A stretch of DNA of 62,668 nt from a virus (taxonomy: Duplodnaviria > Caudoviricetes), in the IMG/VR virus record IMGVR_UViG_3300032330_000840, positions 1-62,668 of that record; one strand, given 5' to 3'. Below the pieces are notes generated by a model. It saw nothing but the letters and a program-made list of their open reading frames with translations. It did no database searches and was not told the origin of the DNA. Positions 37,864-48,300 of the stretch are shown in pieces. The translations under genes and the position numbers were made by a program. Positions within the stretch are counted from its first letter, which is position 1. Each line of letters starts with the position of its first letter.

Positions 37864-39543
37864 ATGCCAGGACGCGCAGATTATGTTCCGGTTCAAACAC
37901 CGGTAAATTACTCTCCAAATGTGGGTGGTGGATACGGAAGTAGAGAGGCTGCTATTAAGGCGGCAATTTCTGCTCTTCCACCAGAAATGCAGGAGCTGGT
38001 TAAGTCTGGTGCTTTAATACCCAATATTAAACAAAGTGGTGGTGTTGGGCAGGGCGGATCAAGTGATGCGTCCTACGAAGCAAATGGTTTTACCAAAGAT
38101 CTGGGTGACGGCACTTTTAACGAATACGACCCAAGTGGTAAATTTGTTGGCGTCGGTCAATCTGGCGGTGGCGGAGATTTTTTAACAAGATTTATTCACA
38201 AGAATGGTGAAAATCTTTTAAACGCCGGTATTCTTGCTGGTGGTGCGGCACTACTTGGGGGTGCAAATTTTGGTGGTGAAGGGCTTCTAGGCGGAGGAGG
38301 GGGTGATGCTTTAGCTTCGGGTGCTTTGGAGGGCGGGGCATCTGGGATTGAGTCGATTCTTACTGCTGGTAGCGCACCAGGGGCAGAACTTGCAGCTACT
38401 ACCGGTGCTGCAGATCTCGCTTCTGCCGGTGGCATTGGCTCTCTTGGTTCTACCGTCCCATCTATCAATGAAATGATTGCGGCTGGCATGGCTCCTGGAT
38501 CGGCTGGTGCCGCAGGTGCTGCAAGTGGCGTATTGACGGGGGAGGCGTTAGCTGCTGCAGGAGGGGTTGGCTCCGCAGGTCTGGGTGCTTTGGGGGCCGC
38601 AGGATCTGCAGTGCCTTCCATCAATGAGATGGTCGCGTCAGGCATGGGTCCAGGTTCTGCTGGCGCTGCTGGCGCTGCAAGCGGAGCGTTAACAGGAGAT
38701 GCACTGGCTGCTGCCTCTGGCGTGGGCACGGCCACCTCCCTTACCGCTGCACAGATTGCTCAAGGACTTAAAGATGCCAAGGCTGCTGCAGATCTACTTA
38801 AGGCCGCAGGAGTTGGAGCAGGCGCTGTAGCTCTAGGGAAGGGATTGACTGGTGGCGGCGGAAACAGCTCTTACCAAGGAACCGTACCGAAGTACACAGC
38901 TTCTAGAACGCAAAAGCCCGTAAGCGAAACAAGAGCTGGGATTGATGGAAAGCCCTACCGTCCAGGTCAAGGTGGGGTCACTTATTTCAGCCCTATGGTT
39001 TACACCCCAGTGCAGGCCGCAGCCAAGGGTGGATTGATGGGTCTTGCTAGTGGCGGTGAGATTGGCAATGAAGCGCCGCAATTTAATATTTCACTGAACA
39101 CAGATCAAGGTAACAACTACCCTGTTCAAGGATACCCGTCTCGTGATGGCGGGGTGGAGCAAAACGGGATCACTCAAAGCTCTCTGCCTCAAACATCAGG
39201 GCTTCAAAGTTTGTATGGTCCATCCATGCAGGGCTTTAACAGTGGTGGCGCTATTCCTGGGCAATCAAATCTCGGCTCCTACTCGGATGGTGGGCGCTTG
39301 CTGAAAGGCCCGGGCGATGGTGTTTCTGATTCCATTCCTGCCATAATTGGTCAAAAGCAACCGGCCCGCCTTGCTACGGGTGAGTTTGTTATACCGGCTC
39401 GGATTGTGTCTGAACTTGGAAATGGCTCTACAGAAGCTGGCGCTCAACGTCTGTATGAAATGATGGACCGCATCCAGAAGACGCGCCGCAAAACCAAAAA
39501 TGTTGCTGCCAATACAAACGCAGCTAAGTACTTACCTGCTTAA
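37864..39543 (+). CDS. probable internal virion/ejection protein 1
   Basis: Gly/Ala-rich; internal duplication; GPGDGVSDSIPA..ARLATGEFVIPA. Confidence 0.7.
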   Translation: MPGRADYVPVQTPVNYSPNVGGGYGSREAAIKAAISALPPEMQELVKSGALIPNIKQSGGVGQGGSSDASYEANGFTKDLGDGTFNEYDPSGKFVGVGQSGGGGDFLTRFIHKNGENLLNAGILAGGAALLGGANFGGEGLLGGGGGDALASGALEGGASGIESILTAGSAPGAELAATTGAADLASAGGIGSLGSTVPSINEMIAAGMAPGSAGAAGAASGVLTGEALAAAGGVGSAGLGALGAAGSAVPSINEMVASGMGPGSAGAAGAASGALTGDALAAASGVGTATSLTAAQIAQGLKDAKAAADLLKAAGVGAGAVALGKGLTGGGGNSSYQGTVPKYTASRTQKPVSETRAGIDGKPYRPGQGGVTYFSPMVYTPVQAAAKGGLMGLASGGEIGNEAPQFNISLNTDQGNNYPVQGYPSRDGGVEQNGITQSSLPQTSGLQSLYGPSMQGFNSGGAIPGQSNLGSYSDGGRLLKGPGDGVSDSIPAIIGQKQPARLATGEFVIPARIVSELGNGSTEAGAQRLYEMMDRIQKTRRKTKNVAANTNAAKYLPA

Positions 39544-39552
39544 GGAATCATC

Positions 39553-40674
39553 ATGGCAGATCAACCAGCACTCACTAACAACCTCTCCACTGGTGGAACT
39601 AACTCCCAAGGTCTTGCAAACTGGGCTGGGGAATACACCACCGACATGCTCGGTAAAGCCAAGGCATTGTCCGGAGAGGGCTACCAGACATACCAAGGCC
39701 CACTGACCGCTGGTGCATCTGATTTACAGAACACGGCATTTACGGGACTGGCTGGGCTTACAGTTCCAACCGGTGCGGCGGATGCAACTAAAACTGCTGG
39801 TAATGTTGCAACAAATTTGCAGGGATTGAGTTACGACCCAACTAAGTTCACCAACCAATATGCGGCTCCCGTAAGCTCTGCTTTTGATGCGACTCAAGCC
39901 CAGGCTTACATGAATCCATATCTGCAAGCTTCACTTGACGCTCAATTGAAAGAGCTTCAACGACAAGCGCAGATCAATAACATGATGACTGGGTCAAGGA
40001 TGGCGCAGGCTGGTGCTTATGGTGGTGGCCGTCAAGCTATTTTGCAGGGAGAGGAAAACCGGAACCTGCTGGAAAAATCTCAAAATTTAATTAACACCGG
40101 ATATAACACCGCCTACGATAAAGCTATGGCCCAGTTTAATGCTGAGCAAAACCGCAAAGTGCAAGAGGCTCAAAACCAAGCGCAGTACGGATTGAGCGCA
40201 CAGCAAGAAACCGAAAGGTCCAAACAGTATGGATCTAAATATGATATTGACGCTCAAAATGCAGCTCTTGCCGCCGCTCAAGCGCAAGGTAGTTTGGCTA
40301 ATACACAAAATCAACTTACATTGAGTAATCTCAATGCACAGCTTGCTGGTGGCGCAATAGATCGAGGCATTACTGCAGAGGGTATTGCTGCAGATAAGTC
40401 TGAGTTTGAAAAGCAGCGCGACTATCCAAAAGAACAGTTGAAGTTTGAAAAAGATATGTTGGCTGGACTTCCAATTGCCGCCGTTACAAACACTCCAGGG
40501 GATATGACTGACCTCGGGGCCTTACTTGCTGGTACAGGTGGGCTTGGGCAAATTGCATCCGCAGCAGGATACAAGAGCACAGATGAGTTGCTGCAAGATC
40601 TTTATAGCGGGGTTGGCAAGGCCAAGGATGCTGTTACCTCTTCCGATTGGTATAAATCCATTTTTGGACCCTAA
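39553..40674 (+). CDS. probable internal virion/ejection protein 2
   Basis: YMNPY, AGAYGGGRQA; Gln/Ala-rich helices. Confidence 0.7.
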   Translation: MADQPALTNNLSTGGTNSQGLANWAGEYTTDMLGKAKALSGEGYQTYQGPLTAGASDLQNTAFTGLAGLTVPTGAADATKTAGNVATNLQGLSYDPTKFTNQYAAPVSSAFDATQAQAYMNPYLQASLDAQLKELQRQAQINNMMTGSRMAQAGAYGGGRQAILQGEENRNLLEKSQNLINTGYNTAYDKAMAQFNAEQNRKVQEAQNQAQYGLSAQQETERSKQYGSKYDIDAQNAALAAAQAQGSLANTQNQLTLSNLNAQLAGGAIDRGITAEGIAADKSEFEKQRDYPKEQLKFEKDMLAGLPIAAVTNTPGDMTDLGALLAGTGGLGQIASAAGYKSTDELLQDLYSGVGKAKDAVTSSDWYKSIFGP

Positions 40675-40699
40675 TAACTTACTGAGTTAAGAGAACAAC

Positions 40700-42304
40700 A
40701 TGAATCTTATTCAAATTCAAGAAAACCTGAAGGACCTTCCTACTCAGGCAATCATGTCTTACGCCAACGGGCAGAACCCACAAGTTCCGCCATACATGGC
40801 GCTGAGCGAGTTGAACCGTCGTAAGTCTATGGAGCAGCGGGCGGCTCAGCAGCCGACGGCATCCGTCAAGGATCAGCTTGAAGCGGCAGTCACGCATCAA
40901 CCACCTCCAGGACAACCTATGCCCCCTGGGCAACCTATGCCTCCTGGTGCCCCTCAGATGCCCCAAGGCCCACAAGGTATTGCCCAGCTGCCATCACAAG
41001 CTCCTCAAGCTCCTCAAGGACAGCCTCAAGGGCAACCGCCAGGCGCTCCGCCGGGCATGGCAGGCGGTGGCTTGGCTGGTCTTCATGTGGATGATGAGAT
41101 GTTTAACTATGCCCCTGGTGGTATTGTTGCCTTTGCTGCAGGAGATCTTGTTGAGGGCTACAACCCTAACGCCAGCCCATCAAGTGACACTGGGTTGGAT
41201 GCGGTGATAACAGACTCCTCTACATTGGATGAAACTTTGCGCGACTCTGGTCCGCACCGCATTACAAAACCACAAGGAGCCCCAGCCGGACTTGGATCTC
41301 TTGAACCACAAATTGCAGCAATTTTGTCAAAAGGACTGCGCGGTGAGTTGGACAGCGCAGAACCACGCAATCCAGAAGTAGTTCGTAAAGAGATCATGGA
41401 CAAGTATCCAGAGATGGCTGCACTGGTTAACAAGATGCCAGGCTCTGAATTGAAGGAGCTTTCGCAACAACTGAAAGAGCAAAACAAAGCCAACAAGGAT
41501 AAGTTCCAAGAGGGCCAAGGCCGTATGGGTCTGGCTGGACTATCCCAAGCTTTGATTGCTGCTGGTGAAGCTACTCGCGGCCATAAGGGTATGGCTATGG
41601 GTGAAGCCCTGGGCGGCTTTGGTAAGTCTTACGCAAACTTTACGGCTGAAGACGTTAAACGCCAGCAGGCTCAACAGGCACTGGAGCGCCAACAACTCAT
41701 TGAAGTCGCCAAGCTTGACTCTGAAATTGGAGTGCTGCAGCAGGCATATGCCAAAGCCATGATTGATGGCCGGACTGCAGATGCGGTTAACTTTGAAAAG
41801 CAAATGGCTGATCGTCTGGATAAGAAGCAAGCGCTGCAGATTGGCACTGCTGAAAAATCAGGCACCTTGTTCAATCAAAACAGGGAAATTCAAAACCGCT
41901 CTGATCAAGCTGCTGCTACGTTGGCTGAAATGCAAAGGCACCACGATGCCCAGAAGGCTCAATGGGCCGCTGAAGCTGCTAACCGTGCAGAACAATTAAG
42001 AATTATGCGGGAAACTAAGCCCACCACTGAAGATAGGGCTATTGGTAAAATTAATCAAACCATGCCACAAAGGGTTAAGAGCTTGGAGCTCAAGCAAAAA
42101 GATCTGGAGTTTGGTAGCGATGAGTGGAACAAGCTGCAAGACAGGATTGATGACCTGTATGATCAGGCATACGAAATGTATAAAATAACACCTCCTCCAA
42201 GAATTCCACGGCCAAAGATTGAGCAGCCAAAAGAGAAGCCGGGGTTCTTTAGCGGTTTGTTTGGTAGCTCTCCTCCTCCACAGAAAATAATTAAACTTGA
42301 TTAA
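40700..42304 (+). CDS. probable internal virion/ejection protein 3
   Basis: VPPYMALSELNRR, YAPGGIVAFAAG, coiled coils. Confidence 0.7.
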   Translation: MNLIQIQENLKDLPTQAIMSYANGQNPQVPPYMALSELNRRKSMEQRAAQQPTASVKDQLEAAVTHQPPPGQPMPPGQPMPPGAPQMPQGPQGIAQLPSQAPQAPQGQPQGQPPGAPPGMAGGGLAGLHVDDEMFNYAPGGIVAFAAGDLVEGYNPNASPSSDTGLDAVITDSSTLDETLRDSGPHRITKPQGAPAGLGSLEPQIAAILSKGLRGELDSAEPRNPEVVRKEIMDKYPEMAALVNKMPGSELKELSQQLKEQNKANKDKFQEGQGRMGLAGLSQALIAAGEATRGHKGMAMGEALGGFGKSYANFTAEDVKRQQAQQALERQQLIEVAKLDSEIGVLQQAYAKAMIDGRTADAVNFEKQMADRLDKKQALQIGTAEKSGTLFNQNREIQNRSDQAAATLAEMQRHHDAQKAQWAAEAANRAEQLRIMRETKPTTEDRAIGKINQTMPQRVKSLELKQKDLEFGSDEWNKLQDRIDDLYDQAYEMYKITPPPRIPRPKIEQPKEKPGFFSGLFGSSPPPQKIIKLD

Positions 42305-42312
42305 GGTTTGTT

Positions 42313-45300
42313 ATGCCAATTTATGAGTACAAGGGCCAGCAGTACGATATTTCAACGGATGATCCGGCTGCTGCAAAAGCTAAAATTCTTAGCTACCTTG
42401 ATACGCAGCCAATTGCTTCTGAAGAAGTAGCTACCGCTCCGCCCGAACCTCAAACTGGCTTTTCTGCTTTTGGCCCAGCGGTAATGCGTGGTGTCCGGGG
42501 CCTTGCTTCCCTTACGGGGGATGTTGCTCCCGCAATGATAGCGAAGGCTGTTGGAGCCAATGACTATGCCAAGCAGCAAATGAAAGAAGCTGCGGCGTAT
42601 CAAAAAGAAACCGAAGCCCTCTATCCATCGGCTGTACCTTCGTTTACCAACATCAAGGGTGCTGGTGATGCGTTAACGTACATTGTTGAGGCTGTTGGTG
42701 AAGCAATCCCCACTCTTATCCCAAGCTTGTTTACCGGTGGTGCAGCAGCAGTTGCGGGCCGTGGAGCTGTAGCGGCTGCTAGAGTTGCGGCGGAAAAGGC
42801 GGCAACCACCAGTATGGCGGCAGGCGTAACCGCTGAAGCGGCCAAAGACATTGCCCTTAAAGCGGGCGTTGATGCAGCTAAGCGCGAAGCGTTGAAGTAC
42901 GAGGTAGCCGGAGCATTGGTTGGCTCTGCGGCTCAAAACATCCCAGATGTGTACCAAGGACTTTACGAAAAGGGTTACGACAACTTGCCAGTGGCGTTGG
43001 CATTTGGAGCATTTAACTCCGTCCTGGATGCTGTTACGCCCATTAATTTGCTGCGTAAATCCAAGCTTGCTGGCATTCCTGAAAATGAAATCATTGGGGC
43101 TTGGTACAAACGAGCAGGCAAAGGTGCGCTTGAGGGTATGGTGTCCGAGGGTGCTACTGAAGCCATCCAGGAAATGTCCAGTGCGGCTGCTGAAAAGTTT
43201 GTTGACAGTAACAATGACTTCTTTACCGCGCAAAATTTTGAGCGTTTTATCAATGCTGGACTCAAAGGTGGTCTTGGTGGTGCTGGTATCTCTGCCGCTA
43301 CCAACGTAGCATTTGGCCGCAAAGAAGCGGAGGAAACCCCGCCAGGTGGCCTGGCTTCTCTACCAACAGCTACACCTATTCCGCCAACCAACGCGCCTAT
43401 CGTTGCAACGACTACCGTGCAGCAGGGTGGCAAAACAAGTATCAAGGTAACTCGTAGTGATGGTAGTGTTGACATTGATGGGGTCCAAGTCACCCCGCCA
43501 ACCGGTCCCGTCGCGCCAACCGGTGGCATTGCCACATTGACGCCGCAAGAGATCACGGACGAAGAGTCCCAGGACCAACAGCAACTGATTGATGAGGCCA
43601 ATCAAATCCTTGGTACGCCTGCTGTAACACCTGTTACTGTTGAGCAGCCACAAGATATAACTGACCTCCTCCCTAAACCACCAGCAATCGAAGGAAAACC
43701 AAGTGGCATTGAAACCCCTGAAGCCGAGCAAACAGAAACGCAAAGACCAGCAGAACCAGAAACCCCAGTAATTACTGGCGGTCCTGCTATACCTCCAGTT
43801 GTTACTCCCAAGCAACCAGAGCTTAATCCTCCAGCAACCCCGGCCAATCCTCCAGCAACCCCGGCGGAAAAGACCGACCTTGAAAAAATCCACGAGGCAT
43901 ATGCCACGTATAAGGGTAAAGATTATCAAGGAACAAAAGAACTGGCTGACTTCAAAGTTGGCAGGTTGCAAGAAGTAGCCAATGAAAAAAATACGCCCAT
44001 CAAAGTATGGATGCACCAAGGTCAAATTGTTACTACTGGTGCCGATGTTGAACGTCCAAAGGGTGCTCGTTTAATTGGAACTATCAACCCTGTTATAGAG
44101 CAAAAACCGGAAACTACTGCCGGTCCATCCATCCCCGCCGGTGGTAAGCCAACTGAAGAGCAAGCTCCGATTGAAGAGCCAAAGAACGCTCCATCGGAAG
44201 AAGCGCCGCCAGAGTCTCCTACAGATGAGGCACCTGCCGAAGCTCCCGCCGAAGAGTCGACTGAAGGTGCGGCTCCTGCTGAAGAAGCTCCAACCGAAGT
44301 GCCTACTGAAGAGGCTCCTGTTGAGGGTACAGCTCCAACTGAAGAGGGTACAGAGACTCCTGCTACGCCAACAGAAACCACAGAAGAGGGGGCTGCTCCC
44401 GCAACTCCTCCTGCCGCAACTCCTGAAGAAGGCGGAGAGAAGCCCGCCGAGGGTGGGACCACTGCTGGCCCATCTACGCCGGCTAAAACCAAACAAAAGC
44501 AAGTTTGGCATATTTTGTATAAATCTGGACGGCAAGCAAATGGCCGCGCAGTGAATATTGATTTTGATACAGAGCAGGAAGCCAAAGAACATTTAAATAA
44601 AAACTTCACCGCTCCCTGGGAATACAAAATCAAAGCCAAGACTATTGATGTCCCGGTGGAAACTACTGCTGGTCCAGCCAAACCCCCAAAGGTTAAGCTG
44701 ACCGACGAAGAGAAGGCTAAGGCCGCTGAAGAGAAGAAGGCGGCTGATGAGGCCAAAGCTAAAGCTGCGGAAGAAAAAGCTGCGGCTGACAAGGCTGAAG
44801 AAGAGCGTAAGAAAAAGCTGGAAGAATTCAACAAGCAGCCAATGAAGGTTGCAATGGATGAGGGTGATGCCGCTAAAGTTGCGGAACTACTGTATGGCAA
44901 AACCGTATCGGAAGAATTTTTTCCATCCATGCAGACAGAAGGATTGATCCGCATTCCCGTAGAGTTGAAGGATGTTGCCGCCATTGAAACGGCACTAAAG
45001 AAATATGGCTTTACCATTAACGGTGCAGATGTTTTTACCAGCAATGATCCATCTACACCAGGCCCAGAGCGCGTAACCATTTCAGCGGTATACAAGCCGG
45101 AAAAAGTCAGCATTCAAGGAGGCGGCGCTGAATTTATTGGTAATCGTAAAGGTAAGGTAACTGCTCCACCAGTACCAAAAAATCCTACTGATGTAGCAAT
45201 TTCCAAGATGTTGGCAGCAGCCAGCAAAGATGCGTTACTTGACATCCACTCCAATGTAAATAACTCGTTTGGAGCAATGATGTACAAGGAGGGTCTTGCA

Positions 45301-48300
45301 CACTACCTTGTGACTCCAGCAGATTTCCTGTTGCAAAATCTCAAGTCCATTGGAAGCCTACCAATTACTCCAAAAACACAAGGTCCTGGAGCCATAAAAA
45401 TGGCTTTGGCGCAGGGGAAAAATACTGAAGTAGAAATGTTGCTTCAGTATTACGTTGAAGCATTAAATGGCTTGCAACAAGTTTTTAATGAACATTCCCG
45501 CGTTGATGCATTAAATGCAGCAATCAAAGAAAAATATATTAAAGATCCGTATTCCGGTAAATTAGCTGAACGATACACGCACGATGGCGTAAATTTGTCA
45601 TCAAAATTCAATAACAAAAATTTGGATTTGGTTAAATTGAATGACAGGTTGTATTCATTGTTTGCAGCCAATGAAGATTCCACTGATCAAACAAAACGTA
45701 TTGTTAAAAAAGATGCTGAATTTCCACCAACTATGGAACGCATTATTCGCCGAGGTATGCGGGATCACCGCCAAGGCCGTCCTGCGGATGTCCAGGATTT
45801 TATTGATACCTTTGGCTTTTTCCCAGGAGGAATTGATTTTGGTAATTGGGTTAACCAGACTGAACGTGCAGACCATTTAAATGCAATCTATGACGCCATG
45901 CATGACTTGGCTGATTTGTCTGGCATCTCTCCCAAGATGTTGGGGTTGGGTCAGCAACTAAAACTAGCAGTTGGAGCGCAAGGCCGCGGCGGCAGAACTG
46001 CAGCACATTACATTGCCAAAGACAACCAAGGTAAATGGGTTAATGAAATAAACCTGACAAAAACTAAAGGTGATGGATCACTGGGGCATGAGTGGCAACA
46101 TGGCCTGGACTTTAACTTGCAGCGTACTGAAAACGGCAAGACGCTAATGGAGGAAACTGCCTCCATGCTTCAAGCTCAAATGAAGCTTGAACTGGTTGAA
46201 GAAACTTTGCGTAACATTTTGAAAAATGTTTCTTCCACCACTGAAAACCGTAACTTACCTCCAAAGAAGGCACTGTTTGCGGCCATTACTCAAGGCCCAT
46301 ACAGTCAGCGCCCATCTATTTATAGCAATGCAACTGAAGATACACAATTTGCGCGTGATGCCCGTGCTTTAGATCGGGAAGAAAACAGGGAGCCAATTTA
46401 TTGGGCATCAAACAAAGAATTGTTGTCTCGTGGATTTGAGGCAATGTTATTTGACGCCTCCAAGGGTGGGTCACCATATCTGGTTGGTCCGGCTGTAGCC
46501 GATGGATACATCAGTAAACCGAATGGATATGCTGGAACAGCGTACCCATCTGGTTCAGAGCGTCCCATTCTGAATGAAATTTTTAAACAGATGCTGGACC
46601 AGATTGATCCGGAAACTTTAAAAGTAAAGACTTACAAAGCTGAAACCCGTATTGTTCACATTGAAGAGCTGGGTTACGCCATCTTGGACCAGCACAACAT
46701 GGGTTCCAGAAATGGTGGATCACTGTTTTGGTATAAAAACAAACAAGAAGCTGAAGATGCCATGGAGTACCGGGAGGGTCGTGAAGAGATTTTGACTCCT
46801 TACCGGCTACAAATTGGAAAAGTCAATGAGCGCATCCTGGATATTGCCAATCGTGTAGATGCAATCATGGATGAAATGGGCTTGTTTAAATGGCCTGAAA
46901 TTAAAAATGACTCCATGTCTGAGTCCATGTTTAACCACATGCGCCAAGGGTGGTGGCCGAAAAGTAACCGTGAGTTAATTGAGTACGGCATTAAAGCGTA
47001 CTTGCAAAAACCAGAGTTGCTTGGTTTCAATCCAATCAAAGACAAGCGTGAAATTGATCAGTACAAAATTGCCGACTTTGAAAATGACCGGGTCAAGCTC
47101 AAGCAAACTCAAGAAGACTTTGAAGCTGCAGCGGTGCGCTATGTTGCTCAGATCATCACCGACATGCGGACAACTGGCTCTGACACCAAAGCCATCTATG
47201 ACCACATTCTTGGCATGTACAAAAACCAGCCCATGCTGGAAATCAAGTCCATCTTGAGTAAGACCAACAATTCTTACTCTACGCCAATGCCGATTGCCTT
47301 CTTGGCTGGTATGTTGGCCCGCGTTAAATCTACTACTACCGTACTTGATCCGACTGGTGGTAACGGCATGTTGGTGGTTTCGGCTAACCCTCGCAATGTT
47401 ACGACCTTTGAAATTGATCCTCACCGCGCCAACAACTTGCAGTTAATGCAATTTGGCAAAGTGGTTGAAGGCGATGCTACTGAAGAAGTAGCCAAGCTGA
47501 AGAATCAAGAAGTTGATGTAGTCTTGGCTCATCCCCCTGCTAGTACCCTATCTTCTGCCATCAATATTAAATCTTGGGACGGCAAGGAATACAAGATTGG
47601 CACGTTGGATCAACAGATTGCTGCGGAGTCTTTACATGCCATAGCTAATGATGGCCGTGCCGTATTGTTGGTACAGGCGCATCCCAACATGGGGACCATT
47701 ACTTCAACAGATAAGCAGTTTTTAAATTGGCTCTACAGCAACTATAACGTAGCAGACCATTTTGAAATTGCGGGCAACTTGTACCATCCGCAAAGTGCCT
47801 CTGCGCCAATGCGTATTTTGGTAATTGCTGGGCGCAACCAAACCGAAAACCTTTACCCAACCAACTTTACGGTTGATCGGATAAATACATTTGATGAACT
47901 TTGGAGTAGATATGTTCAAACCAGTAATCGTAGCGAAAAAGTCGTGGTGGGTGCCGGAAAGAAACGGCCAGCTACTGGCGGTGCAAATAAGCCACGAGGA
48001 GGAGTACCAACAGGCGATACGTTGGAAGATGATGAAAATGGTGCAGGATTGGGGATTGGAGAGGGCGCTGGCGTCGGCGAACCACTACTTACAACAGGAG
48101 GGGGCACTGGCACTTCCGGAACCGGGGGACGCGGAGCAACTGGTAGAAATGGTTCTGGACAACAACAGTCGGATAATGGAGAAGGTCAATCAGGGGGATC
48201 CGGTGGTGTCGGATCCAGCGGAACCGAAGGAGGCCAAGGAAATGGTCCAGGATCAGGAGCTGAACTGGGAGGACTTCCTGACCTAGATGATTTACTAAAC

